Made by a program: the position numbers and the translations under genes. From the NCBI GenBank assembly GCA_012295275.1, contig CM022665.1, forward strand, positions 24,552,001-24,616,000: DNA of 64,000 nucleotides. Direction: 5' to 3'. Within the stretch, counting starts at the first letter, position 1. Each line of letters begins with the position of its first letter. This stretch comes from Chrysomallon squamiferum (taxonomy: Eukaryota; Animalia; Mollusca). Below are positions 1 through 51,800 of this stretch, one piece after another. Below the pieces are notes generated by a model. The model saw nothing but the letters and a program-made list of their open reading frames with translations. It was not told the origin of the DNA and made no database searches.

Positions 1-540
1 GTGTGTAATTTCTTGTTGGATCACTTTTAAAAAGATTTTGTAACAAAATGAAAACATCTAGGTTTCATCAAATTAAAACTTTCATAAGATAAAATCACTT
101 AATGTACATGCTGTGTAGTGTATTATTTCTAAATGATATAACTGTAAAATTTGTAAAGTTTCTAACTTTTAAAAAATCATATCAAATATTAAAAAACTGA
201 TACATTTATTATTAAAATGTCAATTATAAAATATTCTTCAGAAGAAATCCAGCAATAATTTATTTATAAAATTTTAAAATATTATTTATGGATCTAATTC
301 ATTTAACATATAAATTATGTCTTTTAATTATATTTAATTAAATTTATATATTATGCACTGGTAAAAACCAAATGTATTAAAGTATTATTATTTATTATTT
401 TAGGTGAGAGATTTTGTTTATATAAAAAATACATGATTTTGGTTGTTGTTTTTTAGGTTATTTGAAGAAATGTTACAATAACAAAATAGTGTTCAATAAA
501 AATGTTTTATAACTATCAGTTTTAATGGTATTTAAATTAC

Positions 541-37402
<36,862 letters not shown>

Positions 37403-38124
37403 GTTTAATGGTTTTCACTTTCAGGAACTGTTGCCTTTGGTTCTATCAGATCTGAAAACGAGTTTGTATTTTTCTTTTCTCTTGATCTCGAGGCGATATA
37501 GATCGATTGATTCTACAGAGTGTTCCTATTCCCGTACATTCCTTTTCGAGTTCCACTGTCGTCGAAAGATTTTTACTTGCATTGCTCTGAGTATGGTCAC
37601 GAGACAGCCGTAACCTGTCTGCTGCAGAGTTGGTTAGCTCGCGTTGAATGCGTGCGATGCGTAATCGATATCGTGCTTTTGGGGCTTCCTGAAGTTCTTC
37701 TTGAGACAGGTGATATCCTATGTGGTTACATAACTTTAGTCATACCACATCTACGTTACCACTGGATTGCGTCAATCAATGACATTTAAAGAGAAGTGCA
37801 CAATGCAATGAATCTGTTCTGTTTATACTGAACATACACACACAGACATGCAAAAACTCAAAAGACAAACCTTCCTTCTTGTAATTTGGCTTTCTTCTTC
37901 TTCTTTTTTTTTTTTTTTTTCATATTTCGTACGAGTGTACGTATTTAACTTAAAACGTAATTTCCACATATATTATTTTATGACGTTTGCTGCATATCAC
38001 ACTTTTAAAGAAATTGAATTAACAATTTTATTAGTAATCAGTCATAAAAGATCCTAATCAGACAATAAATAAGAATCTCCAATAAAAAAAATTAATAATA
38101 ATAGCATTGGGTTGTTGTTTTTTT

Positions 38125-38125
<1 letters not shown>

Positions 38126-38191
<66 letters not shown>
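38126..38191. repeat. (CT)n microsatellite
   Basis: Direct reading. Confidence 0.97.
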
Positions 38192-38192
<1 letters not shown>

Positions 38193-39212
38193 GGTGTGTG
38201 TGTGTTTCTGTGTCTGTTCATAGTTAACCAGTTTTATAACTGATAACAGCTGTTACGAAATTAACATACACATCAACTAGAAACGATAGTCTGAAAATAA
38301 AACGAATTTGCATTTAATTATTCAAGAACTTTCATATTTCCAGTACTTTACTGCTAATTAGATATTAAATTTTAGCTGAGCCGTTCTCTGTGTCATGTTT
38401 ATTTCATTTTGTACTTGAATGTTTTCCAGAGGTTTAGTTATGTCTGCTGGAGGACAGTGCATGAATCCTATCCCTTATCCTCTGAAACCCGTCTTATTGT
38501 TGGAGTTAAAGCAGTGACGTGCAGAAAGGGGACAATGGAAACAAAGGCCTCAGGCATCAATTGCAGAAGGATCTAGTGAAAGAGTGAGGATACATGTTTT
38601 GAAATTTGAAATTAACTGTTAACTTTGTTGTACAATCTGCTCTACGAGTACTGTGAATATGGGCCTATGTTTTAATACAGATTACTATTTACTCTTGTAT
38701 TTTCAATCTGAAAAAGCTGAAATTAACAAAAACATATTTGAGGTCTTCCATGTCACAAGACTGACTGACTAACTAACTTGGCCTTAATCAACTGATCTAA
38801 CCATGAAGTAGTTCAAGTATTTTCTGACAGATCTCATTTGGGGCACCGAAATTAATTAATGTGGCTGCTCTATATTTAATATGAATTTAAAAAAATAAAA
38901 ATAAAAAAATAATTATTTCATCTGTTTTTATATTTCTCAGTACTGGACCCTGTATATGAATCTTGGGGACAAACAGTCAAGGAACTGGCCCCGTACATCA
39001 CTAAACCTTTGCAAGTCAGTGTCTTAAAGCGGGCGTCATCTATCTTTGAGAGAATGTACAGTAACTTTCAAGGAAATTAGGACTGACATTCCTGATATTT
39101 GTGTCATTAGGATAAGAAAAAAAAAAAAATAATAATAATAAGAAGAAGAAGAAGAAGAAGAAAATAAATAAATAATTTTAAAAATACTTTAATTATTTTT
39201 ATTATTATTATT

Positions 39213-39243
<31 letters not shown>

Positions 39244-39527
39244 ACGTATGGCATATGGAGGGACTTCTGTTAAAATTTAGACGATTAAACAACAAGCATA
39301 GCAATGGCCAGTAAATCATCTGATTGCAAAACTCAGAAGCTTACATGACGTCAAGGCACATATGACGCAATCTCAAGAGCTGGTATTTCAAAATTAAACA
39401 TTTTTAATACCTGTAGCCAATGTAGGTAAGGAAAGGAATATTGAAAATTAATCAAAATCGTTTCATTTAAACTAAAATATGATGTTAAGGCTTACAATAC
39501 ATTTTCCTCACTAATGCCTAACCAATG

Positions 39528-39529
<2 letters not shown>

Positions 39530-39591
<62 letters not shown>
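39530..39591. repeat. (GA)n microsatellite
   Basis: Direct reading. Confidence 0.97.
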
Positions 39592-39597
<6 letters not shown>

Positions 39598-39768
39598 GTT
39601 TATTTTCAGAGTGAACTGAAGGCGATGATCAAGAGTTATCTACTCTTGTCTGAAATCTTGTCGAAAGTTTTCCCACCCACTATAAACATGTTCGAATTCA
39701 CAAATTTGTCATTGTTTCGACGTAACTGTTTTCAACTTTGAATCTAAATCCAAGATAGACATATTGAG

Positions 39769-39858
39769 ATGATGGATTTACTTTCTTTAGTTTCCGAAAA
39801 TCTATGTATCCCTCGACATCAGTGCAATTTTCTGTCACCAGACCGAGTCGTCTGCATT
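39769..39858 (+). CDS. WDR81: WDR81 exon 1 ([30 protein letters not shown])
   Basis: ATG, GTAAGT donor, phase 0; resembles the WDR81 N-terminal helix; not in the ORF track. Confidence 0.85.
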
Positions 39859-42800
39859 GTAAGTTCGTGACTTTTCCCGGAAAATTTGTTTTATTATATC
39901 GTATTGCTTTTCCATTTGCACAAAGAGATGCGATTAATAAATTTTTAACATTTAAAATTAATAAATAAAACAGCCACTGCACATAGACAAAGGTTTATTT
40001 CATGTTGCTCCTATTAAACTGCTATTTCACTTTAGTTGTATGGTTTATAAAATATTAAATCAAAAGGTTCGTATGTATTTTGAAAACATTAATATTATTT
40101 TCACTGCTATTAATGTGTGGGGTTTTTTTGTAAATGAATATACTCATTTACTGTGTTATTGATCATTTCTTAAGCCAATAAATATAAGCCAATAAATATA
40201 AGCCAGCTTCAGTGAAAGCAAACCACTATGTATTATGTTTTATTGTGTATCAGCATAATCTGTATAAATTAATTAGCAAGCGTCAAAACCTTTAAATGAA
40301 TTCTCTTTATTATATTCATTATGCTTCCAAATTACACAAATACATTATAATACAGAGTAGTATACTTTAAAACTAATGTATATTATTAAAGTAACATAGA
40401 TAAGAAAAAGTAATATTATTAATGACTCTTTTTTTTCTTTTTGTTAAATATTAATGATTTTAATAACTATTTGTTAAAAGTTTATAATATTTAACTGAAA
40501 TAATGGTTTTCATTATCCTCTGTAAATTATAAGAGGATGGTTAATAATGGAATCACAATGCATTCTTGTACAGTTAATAATGCCATATGTTACATATTTA
40601 AGACTACTAATCTGTTCATGAATACAGTGAAAGATGTTATATTTTATATTATATATACATCAACCCACAGAAAGTTGAGCACATACCCTTACTTTTAATA
40701 AACTGTGTATATCATTAGTGGTATATATTAGCTTAAATGGGAAATCGATAATCATGAATAGTATACTCTGGTTTACGAGTAAAGTTAATGAATTTTTTAA
40801 AATATGTAGTTATGAGACTTCTGTATAGAGCTGTATTGTTAATGAATATTGAAATAATAATTATTTTGCATTTCTTAAAAGCAGAATCTAATTGAGCTTC
40901 CTTTTAACAGTTATTTTTATCTGATGTTATCTGCTCTTACCAGATAACCACATGATAAAAATGATAACCTTCAGTCCATTGCATAGATGATGTAGAAACT
41001 GAACCTTTAAACTTTTTTTTATCTTTTTTTAAAATTCTTCACTGAGTAAAACTAAAGTAAAAGAAGTAATAATTAATGAATATTTATTTACAGGTTTCAC
41101 AAGACTGGTGGAAACAATGTTGTCAGGGAAAGGTAAAGCTACTCCAGGCTCTGGATGTTATACAACAAACTCAGGCTGAGCAGTTATTGGCTGGCACCTG
41201 TCTGACAGTGCCTGAACAGTGGAAGAAAATTAGTGTTAAAATTGTGCCAAAGATCACAGAAAAAGTGCAGAGGTAAAATAAATAGCAGTAATTGATAAAT
41301 ATCCCACTCCCCCATTTTAGAACATTTTTGTTTTATTTTCTGTTTTAAATTTCCCACGTAGTCACACAGGCACTCAAACAGACATGCTCTTGTTTCTGTA
41401 CATAAACATTTATTTAATATCAGTTTTTATTAAAAATGATTGATTGGCCCTCCATTTTCAGAAATAGTTTCTGGAACATTAAAAATGTATGAGAATGTAA
41501 AAAAAGAAAAAAGAACATGTAATGAATAATATAATTGTATATTTATTTTAGTTTACGTGATGGGCCCCTTTACCCTACTGAATGTGCTAGAAGTCTGATT
41601 GAATACTTGGCTACAACATCACAAGAAAATTTTCGCAACCAGTGGCATGCAGCATATAGAAAATTTAAGAAAGATCATGTGCCAACTGAACTACATTGTG
41701 GAGAGGAGGTAGCCAACATATTTTAATTATATTTCTCATTTATTAATATTCTAATATATTTTTTTTATTACTGTCATGTTTTAGCTAATGTATTTTAAAA
41801 TGTCTTTTTAAACGGTAAAGAATACCTTTTATTTGTGTCAGATGCTGTTTTATAATTATTGATATGGTGTGATTCAGTTAATCAATGTGCTAAACAAACA
41901 AAAATTGTATCGTTATAGTACAAAAATAAAATCTTTTCTAATCTGTTTATAAGTGGATGTTTCTTGATGCATGGGAGATGATTCAATGTGGTTTTAAGAA
42001 ATTTGGAAGTGTTTATTCCAAATTAATAAATGAGTTCTTCTGTTCCAAAAAGTGATTTGACATAGTTAAATTTAAAAATAAGATTAAAAAGCAATGGATA
42101 TTATACACAGTTCATGTTGTTATTGTTTGTGTTTTTCAGCATTTTGTGGTCTTTAAGAAATATATGTGGAGAATGTTACCTGATGTCTACATCAATTTGG
42201 ATGATGCTGCTTCATCAGCTGTGTTGAATGACAACAAAAAGGTTAATAAATGTGGGTGGTATAACGTCGTTCCAACCAAAGCTTTTGTTGAGTCTTCTAG
42301 TCATTACTTTTTAATACAGCCTAGTCTTTCATACAGTCTCAGTGACATTGTATCATTTAGCCCAGCAATACTGAACTCATCAAATGCTCACACACTGTTT
42401 ATATTGTATCAGATTCTTCAGGCAATGAAAACATTTCACGAAAATGGTTTGTCTATTGGAAATATAACTATGCACAATGTAATGCTGGACAAGAATTTGT
42501 GGGCGTATGTCAGTGTACCTCACCTGCACAGTGTAATGCTTAGTGAACAGAAAATTAATTCTGATCAAAAAACTCTGATAGCAGATTCTAAACTGATTAA
42601 GCCAGCCAAACAGATTTGTAAATCAGAAACATCAAAAAAGAATGTGTTACTGACATCATCTCCATCAGGTAACCATTCCAATTCTCAGGGATCAAACCAT
42701 GATGCAAAAAAAGATTTCACTAAAAAGAACAATATATTTTTATCCCGAGTTCTGAGACATGATTCAGGGGGTCCTGAATTACTTACAGAAGGTGAACAGT

Positions 42801-45800
42801 GTTTGCGGAATGCACAGGAGTTTCTTAACAAATGTCATTATCAGCAGTTTGAAGTGCATGATCTTGCTGATGTTGTGAAAAACTGGGTCAACAGACAAAT
42901 CAGCAATTTCAAATACCTAATGATTCTGAACCATTTGGCAGGACGAAAAATGGGTGACCCAAACAATCATCCAGTTTTACCATGGATAATGGACTTCACC
43001 TCTCCAGATGGCAATTTCCGAGATCTCACAATGTCCAAGTTCCGACTGAACAAAGGAGATGGACAGCTAGACTTGACTTTTAGTACGATGTCTTTGCTGG
43101 GTGATGACGGAACTGACATTCCTCATCATGTCTCAGATGTTCTGTCAGACATCACCTACTATGTCTACAAAGCCAGACGGACTCCCAAATCAGTTTTGTG
43201 TTCCCACGTTAGAACCAACTGGGTTCCACATGAGTATCCCAGCAGTATTGTGAGACTTCAGGAATGGACACCAGATGAGTGCATTCCAGAGTTTTTCACT
43301 GACCCCAATATCTTTGTCTCTGTCCATGATGATCTGCCTGACTTAGAAATCCCTGGCTGGTGCAGCTCAACACAGGAGTTCATCATAAAACATATCTCTC
43401 TGTTGGAGAGTGAGAAGATCTCTGAATCACTGCATCACTGGATTGATCTCACTTTTGGATACAAGGTATTGTGTTTTTTGAGATATTAAATATGTCATCT
43501 ATTATTTTTGTTTGTTACATTTGTTAGATAAGATGAAATGTACCAAAAATTATTTTAATATATATATCCTTTAGTTAATGAATGAAGTATAGTTTAATTC
43601 ACCTTTTTGAATAAAATTAATTATTTTAGCTGTAAATAGAATCAATTATTTGCAGTCATTGGTATTAACAAATATACATTGGCTCAACTAGAAAATAGTT
43701 ATGATTTTTGTTTTACTCTTTGTATTTCTATAGCTAACTGGTAATGCTGCTGTCAAATCAAAGAATGTTTACCTCCAGCTTGTAGACCAACACAAAACCA
43801 TGACACGACATGGGGTTGTTCAGCTGTTCTCACAGCCTCACCCCCATAGACTGCCACTAACATCTTTCTGTCACCCACACCCACCAAAAGTAACAAGGGA
43901 AATTCTCAGTTCACAGGTTTGTTTTGAAATTATTATTAAATACAAAGGAATAATTTACTGTTAATGGGTTGTTCTGGGGATTTGGTCTCAGTCTTTATAA
44001 ATTATAACCATTTGATACACCCTATCCAAAAACAAAATAACTATTTTATTTGTCTTCATAAATGTAAGCATTGTTTGTTGTTTTTTGTTGTTGTTTTTTA
44101 AGGGGGTTTGGTGTATTTTGTTGGATTAATCTCACTATGATTTTCTGTTCTTTACATCTTTATTGTTTTTAGAATGATAACATCCTTATGAAAATGCTTT
44201 CATGTATGTGTTCTTATGTCTATGGTATTATATTTTCTAACTTCAGTTGACAGGGATTGGAATTTCAATGGAAGATGCTGAAGCTAAATCAACTGAGTTA
44301 AGGTAAATCATTTTAAATCTGGGAAACATTTGTTTTTATTTTATTTTATTATTATTCTAGTAGTGAACAGCCATGATGTTGATGGAAGAGCTGCATATGA
44401 CCAAAAGTTTGAAAGAGGAGCAGTAAATATTTTGATATTATTAAATCAAATATCATTCAAATTTTCTTTTATTATTATTACAGATTTTTGTTGTTGTTGT
44501 TATGTTTTGTTATTTTTTTTTTTTATACCACTAAGCCTGTATTTATTTGTTTTATGCAGTTTAGGTATTTATGGAAACTGAAGAAATATTAAATAAATAA
44601 CTTGATATTATTAAACTTAAACAACATTAATAGTAGAAGAAAATTGTTAATTAGTAAATGTAACATAACTAACATTTGGACATTCATTTTTCATTCTCTT
44701 TCTCTCTCTCTCTTTTTTTATTCTTAATTATCATGTGAAACAAAACATTTTATTCTGATGTTTGTTGACAATTACTTCATTACTACTACTTTGATCCTCA
44801 GACTCCCTCTTGAATAGGTTTGTAAATTTAAATCTTTACTGTAATTATGTACAGTTATTTATCATGTCAATCTCAATTAATTTAATTTGTATGCAAGTTT
44901 AAAAAAACGTTGTTTATTATCATTAAAAAATTGCAGTAAGCCTCACAGAGAAATAAGTAAGGCCTATTAATGATCTTTGCAGCAGTTTCTTTGTGGTTGA
45001 AATCAGTGAAACTCAAAACATCAGCAGCATTAGGTTCAGCATTTTATTTTTGTTTGTGATTTATTTATTCAGTCCCTTGTGTTTATAAAGCTATACATAA
45101 CAGATGTAGAATAACAATGAAAGTTTGTTTTTCCCCAGTGATTTATTAATAAATATAATTTGACAGAAATAATGGAGGTCCACTGGGCGATCTCAAAATA
45201 TGATCACTGAACAAAATGAAAGGAGGCAAAATGTACCAAAACTTCCAAGTGATATACTTTAAAAAAATAAAAAAATAAAGGTTCAACACAAAAGGATGAT
45301 TATTTTGCCCATGTCATTGTCTTGCATGAACCGTATTTATATTCACTGTAATTATACATAGATAAAAACTGTTAGTTTCCTTTTCATCACACATTATTAA
45401 TAAACCTTGCTATCACAGGTCTAATCAAATTTTTGAATATGTTTTAGTTTTCTTGGCAGTTTTGAGCCATTGGATCAGACAAGACCAGACAATGCAACCA
45501 TTCACCTTCCTAAAAGTTTTCAACCAACAGCTGAACTTGAACACTGTGAAGCACAGAATAATTTTTTGACAAGAAGTATGTTAGCAAATGTTGAGCCAGC
45601 TAAAAAGGTATAAATATGTGTGCATCTTATGTGTGTGGCTTTTGAAAATTTTGTTTCCAGTTGTTAAAATATTTAAATCAAATGTTAAACTAGGCAGATA
45701 TTTGTGACATCTGAAGTATCAATTAATTTGAATAAAGAAGAACAAGAACAGTAAATAAGAAAGAAAAATTACATTTTATAAAAGTAGAATACAAAACTAA

Positions 45801-48800
45801 AATAAATCAAAACTTTATTTACAGTTTGTTTTCTAGAAATGAATAGAAAATAGTTAATTAAAAAACTGAAGTTTCTTTACATTTTTATTTTCAATTTTTA
45901 ATTTTTTTTTTGTTGTATAAGCTTTTCATTTAAAAAAATATATTTACAATATTTAATTTTTAAATTGTATAAAAAAAATAATAAATAGTACTATCGTAAC
46001 TATGTGTCATTATCATGAAATTACTATTTTATTAATATCAGGCAGATGCAATTGTACCTGAACACACCTGTATTGTCACAGAAGATGTGCTTAGATTTGC
46101 TTGTCTTATGTGTGAGATGTTTCTGGCACCCAAGCTAATGATGCAGGATTCCACACCATCTCTGGCTTCCAGATACCAAAATATCAAACGCTTGTCTTCT
46201 GCAGACTTCATGGAACTACCAAGGTAAGAAGTTTCTTTATCAACACACTTGAGTTACCAAAACTATTTTCTTTTATATAAATTTTTGCAATCCAGTTACT
46301 ATATTTCAGAACCACCAAGTTTTTAATTTGAAAATCTGACGTGTTTTTGTTTTTTTCATTTTAATATATATTTTTTTAATAATCGTGAATTATATTTAAA
46401 GACTATTATTTTCTGTATAAGTAAACCTCTTTTTTTTAATGAATCTAAATTTATTATCAAATTAACATTTATTTATTAGTTTCAAATCAAAGGTGAATGT
46501 CATGTCCTTAGGCATTTCTTAAAATATTAACCACTAAACTGTTTATTTGTATTTTTTTCAGACCTCTTCAAAAAGCTGCATCTTTCCTTATACATACAGT
46601 GGAAATAAATTGTGATGGAGCAAATGGGACACCCATCTTTAGTTATCCTTCTATAACAACACTTGGATTACCCCCACCAACTCCCACACAGCTCCTTCAG
46701 TTGTACTCAGGAATATTTCCCTTTCCAGGATATTTCATTGACCTTCATGCTTGTATTTGTGAGTTGAAGAGCAAGGATTTTGAAGTGGAATATATTCAGA
46801 ACAGTAACAAATCTGTGACAGAAATGACCAACTTGATCAAACAGACTGAACGACAGAAAGTTCCACTAATAGAACGCTTTCTTACACGGTATCAAGGAAA
46901 ACTTGATTCTGAGGGTCTGCATTTGGTTTTGCCATATATAGAAGATCTCTACAACAATGAAAACACAACAGTGCAAGCTGCATGGTCACTTTTTGGTATT
47001 GTCAGTCGTGAACTTGGTTTCAAGGAAACCACTTCCAAATTTATGCCATATTTGATCAAACTATTTGCTGGAGAACATCTGACAGCCAAACATGCCAAAC
47101 TATACAGCAGGACCTTCCTTATGCAACTTATAATCAGGCTTGGACTTGAGACGTTCCTGTTGAACTTTTCCACTCTTTTAGTTGAAGCAGTGTCTGGTTA
47201 CAAGGACTTTTCTTTACCTAGCAAATATTATCAAGAAGAGTTGTTGGAAGAGATTCAAGGAGAGGCAGAATTATCAGAACAAACAGAATTCTGGTCCAAG
47301 GATACTACTGAGTTTCCTGAGAATTCAGAGATTTGGTCAAAAACAAACCAGGACAATTTATCCAGTGATCATGTTGTCAGTGATGAGCCTGAAACAGATA
47401 ACATAGGTGCAGAAGCTTTGACTGAGAATAATTCTTATTCTTGGGACACTGCTCAAGAAGACAATACAGAAAATACTGCAGCGGATGTGGATGAGATTGA
47501 AGAAGAATTTCCAGACAGCATTCTACTGAATGATGATGGTCTTACTCAGGATCATCTGCTACCTGGGGATGTGCGAAGTTTAGGCCAGAGTTCCAATGTC
47601 AGTGATGAGAGTTGTGAAAGACATTCACTTCAAGGTGATTCTGACACTGAGCCAATGGTTACGGCATCTGACAGAGTGTCCATTCACAGCATATCAAATA
47701 TTATTGGGAGCTCAAGAATTCGATCAGTTTCTGCTGGAGAAAGTGAAACAGGATCTGCAGGTGAACCTTCAACAGCAGAATGTTCAGTATTTGATGATTC
47801 CAGTCCCAATCCTGATACATCAACCCTGTCAGGAAAACTGGATCCAAAATCATTAAAACACGATACAAATGAATCTAGTAATATATCTCCTTCAAATTCT
47901 TCACCAGTGTCCTCAAAGTGTCCTGATCTCAGTGACAAAGCAGTTACATCAGTTGACATGACAAGTCACATGGTTCGAAGTGAGACTGATGATCTAATCA
48001 TGTTGAACCTCTCCACCTCCAGTCCTGCTGATATCCTCAATATACGAGACATTGCTTCTGAAAGTGTCAAATGGTTATGTTGCAAACTGGGCCCTGTTCT
48101 GACTGCCAAGTATTTCTCAAAGAATTTAATTAGAATGTTAGCTTTATGTTATTTTGGAAATGAACAGTTGGAAGTCCTTCAGATTTCAGGTATTTGTTGA
48201 CATAAATTTGTTTTTGTTTTTCTATTAAAAGATCTTTTTACTTCTTTTTATAAATAAAATGATATTAAAGCAGCTTAAAATACAGTGAAATTATCTTCGC
48301 AATTTTAAGCAAATGGTTTCGTGCAAAATAGCTTATTTTTTTAAGTATTAATTGTTAAATCATTATATATAACCAGTAGAATATATTTCTGAAACTTTAT
48401 AAATGTGATTTTAGTTTAAAAATAATGTTAATTCACCTGCAGATGACAAAACATTTATAACTTACTGAAACAATGATATTTTCTAATGTATAAGATTTTA
48501 AAATGTTTATTTTATTTTGTATTTTTAGAAAATGATTGTTTAAAATCTTCAAAACTTGTGGTTGGAGATCAGAATGCAGAGAAAATTTTGGAGTGTTTGG
48601 GACATGTTGCCTTGTTGTATGGAGAACAAGTGATTTTATTACAGTATCTGCAGTGCATTGTAGATATGGTAAGAAGTTATTTATTAGTATTTTAACTATT
48701 ATTTTCACTCCTCAATATTATCCATTTTTAAAAATTAAATTACATATAATAAAAGGTATAATATAATGCAGTTATTAGTTGTAACAGGTGTTAATATTTC

Positions 48801-51800
48801 TGGAATTCATTAATTTAAAAAACAAAAATAATAACAAAAATACACTAATAGAATAAGCAAAACAAAATACATTCTGAAAACACTGTTTAACCAGGATGAT
48901 TATTACTACAATTTAAGACTGAAACTATATATTATATGTTACTTATATGGTTGCAATCTTTCTATCATATGTTATCTTTGATTTATAATTTGAATAACCG
49001 ATATTATTTCAATATTTTAATTTTCCAATGACTTTCAGGTTTCTGTCTCCCAGAGGCGACTAACACAACGATCAGAGAGTGGGCTGTTTGGAGCTTTGAT
49101 ATTGTTAAAATACATCATTCCATTCATTTCAGACAAAGCATTACTTGACTACATAGAGGTAAACTAGACTGAAATACTGAGTGATTGATTATTACAGCTG
49201 GTGATTTTTCCATTATCATTACAAGAATTTCAGTAATTGAATTATAATACTGAGATGCTCATTAAAACACTAAATATCATTTTGTCTTTATTTGTATATG
49301 ATTGTTATTTGAAATTTATATTCAAAGCTCATTGAATGGAAATTAAAATCTTCACAGTTATTTAGATGTTCTTATTATTGAGAAGGAGAAATTGGGTTTT
49401 ATTTTTTTATGAAGAAGTGACAGATTAGGCACTGCACATTAAACAGTTTGTTAAAAATGATTTCTCTTTGTTATTTCAGGATACTATAATTCAAAACTGC
49501 CTAATGGCTGTGATAAAACTTGTGACAAATACATCGGTTTCTTTTCCTGGCGGAAGCTATGTCCGATCCATTGTCTGTTACAAAGTCGTTGATGCTGTGT
49601 ATGTTATTGGTTTAAGACTTGGTTTTGAAATGACTCGCATACATCTAAGCCAGTGTATGCAAAACCTTTTTGAAGTCTTTAGTCATGTTTATGGACATTT
49701 GACTAATGGGGATCAAAGTTCAGATATTGGAGCAGGTACATCTCCAGGTATTTAAAAATCAAATATTTTCATTGCATTAGTGTTATTCATGCCTTATATT
49801 CATTTTGTTTTAGATATATAAACAGTTACATGTGTGTGAGATTCACTTCAGACTTGAGCAAAGTTGGCTGTCAACACAAATGGTTGTCCTGCAAAATCAA
49901 AACTTAATAAAACACAAGTTTGACTGTAAATGATGGCTTTTATATTTGATTAAGAAGTTTAATTGGGGGGAAAACATTTCATTAAAACAGAATAACAATT
50001 TACTTAGGAGTCTTTTCATAACTGCTGTCAGAACATTCTTATGAAATCCAGTTAGAAATATAGAAGTGATTTTTTGTTCATGTTTATTTATTATTTTTGT
50101 TGTTGTTTTTGTTAATTATTTCAGTATTGTGTTGATAATCAATATTAATTTAATAAAGTATGTTTAGAAAAATATATTAACTAAGTGACAATATACCTAG
50201 GTGGGGAAGGCATTACTAATTCTGAAGAATCGTACCTGACAATAAAGATGGATCCCACTTCGCAGGAGTACAAGATTGGAACCCCAGTTTACATCAGTGG
50301 TCTTAGCCCTGATCCAAATTCTTCAGTACGAAAGTCACAGAGTACTTCGAAGTTCCACAGTCTTACTTCTCTAGGAGCTATTGATGACAGAGGTATGAAT
50401 AACAAACTGTTGATTAAAGTTTCTTGTTGTAGGAAGTAAGTGATCTTTTAAAAATATTTTGGAATGTTTGTAATCTTTAAAAAAAACAAGAAAACTGTCA
50501 TTTGAAATTTTGTTGAATGTTTGATTATGTTTGTTATTGTTGTTGTTTTTAATAACAGAAAGGTTGGTATACCTGTTAATCTTTGATTTATTTTTAATGT
50601 TTTATTATTAGTAATTTTTTTTTGTTAATAATAAATATAAGAAATGTTTTACTTTGGTATCTCAAATTTATTTTTATTTTTATTTTTTTATTTTTTCTCA
50701 TTCAAACAGAAGATAACCAGGAACTGAAGGCTGGCCCAAAAGAAAATGGAATGCAAGAAGTAGCATCTGTATTCACTGCTGAACTTGCTCAAGCAATATA
50801 CATACCTCTCTGCAGAATATTTGGAAGGTAGATCTCATTTGATATATTTTTTAGTTTGAAAATATTGTTAATAAAATAAATTTTAATTGTTAATCTTATC
50901 AGATAAAGTATTGGATTTAAAAGTTGACTTTCTGGGAAAGTATTCAGTTTTCTGAAGCATTCACCTTCATTCTTGCTACTTTGAATGTATTCTAACTGCA
51001 TGTATTTTGGTTTTAAGTATTCACATGGAACAAAACTTGAAGAATGATGACCTTATCAGACAGCTGTGTGCTCAGCAAGACCAGTCAGTAGATCGTAAGA
51101 AAGAAACAAAGGAAACTTCAGATAACACGAATGGCAGTGGTATGTGTTCATTTATGACATCCATCCATATTCATTGCTGTACATAAAACCCCAACTTACA
51201 ACGTCAGATAATTTGCATGTAAATCTTTTGATATAATTTAAAGGTCCCATGGTGGTTATATTATTTACTGACATAGAAGTTAGATTCATGGTTTAATGAT
51301 TTATGAGCAAGTGGCTGATTGTGAAATAAGATATCATTTTTGTTTTCATTCTATCTGTAGTTTCAGGACATTAAATGTTAACAGAAATATTCTCTTAAAG
51401 ATTATATCAACTAAATATAAATTAATGAAATATTATAGAAATATTTTTATTTTATGCAGCAAAAAAAGTAGATGTGTCAACTTATTTCTTCCTGTTATAT
51501 TACAAAAATTATTTACCTACATACATCTGTTTTAAGAACTGTTTGACCCTTTGTCCTCTACCAGTAATTCAGATAAAATGTTTAAATATAAATAGTCAGT
51601 GTTATTCTTTGTGCTACAGTGGCATTAAAACATTCACTGACTCATATTTTACAGGCATAAAATCAGAAGATTCCTGTACAGATAATGAAGATGAGCCTGT
51701 GACTGGGGCTATAGGGAAGAATGTGGAAATTGTTGGTAACAGAATACAGCTGACAAAAGACAGTCCAGATGTTATTGAAACACATCAGTTTGGTCGAGGG

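Larger units (their letters stand above)
37403..39768. promoter_or_regulatory. Divergent RyR/WDR81 promoter and 5' UTR region
   Basis: Head-to-head ATGs; local CpG retention at about 37100-37800 and 39600-39900 against a CpG-poor background; CRE TGACGTCA at 39346-39353; TGACGCAAT at 39363-39371; CCAAT near 39417 and 39522. Confidence 0.7.

Noticed and set aside
44361-44422. Coding-looking stretch ([17 protein letters not shown]) after WDR81 exon 6
   Set aside because: The nearest TAG acceptors give a stop, and the CAG acceptor gives an exon ending in phase 0 that is incompatible with exon 7; exons 6 and 7 join correctly without it.
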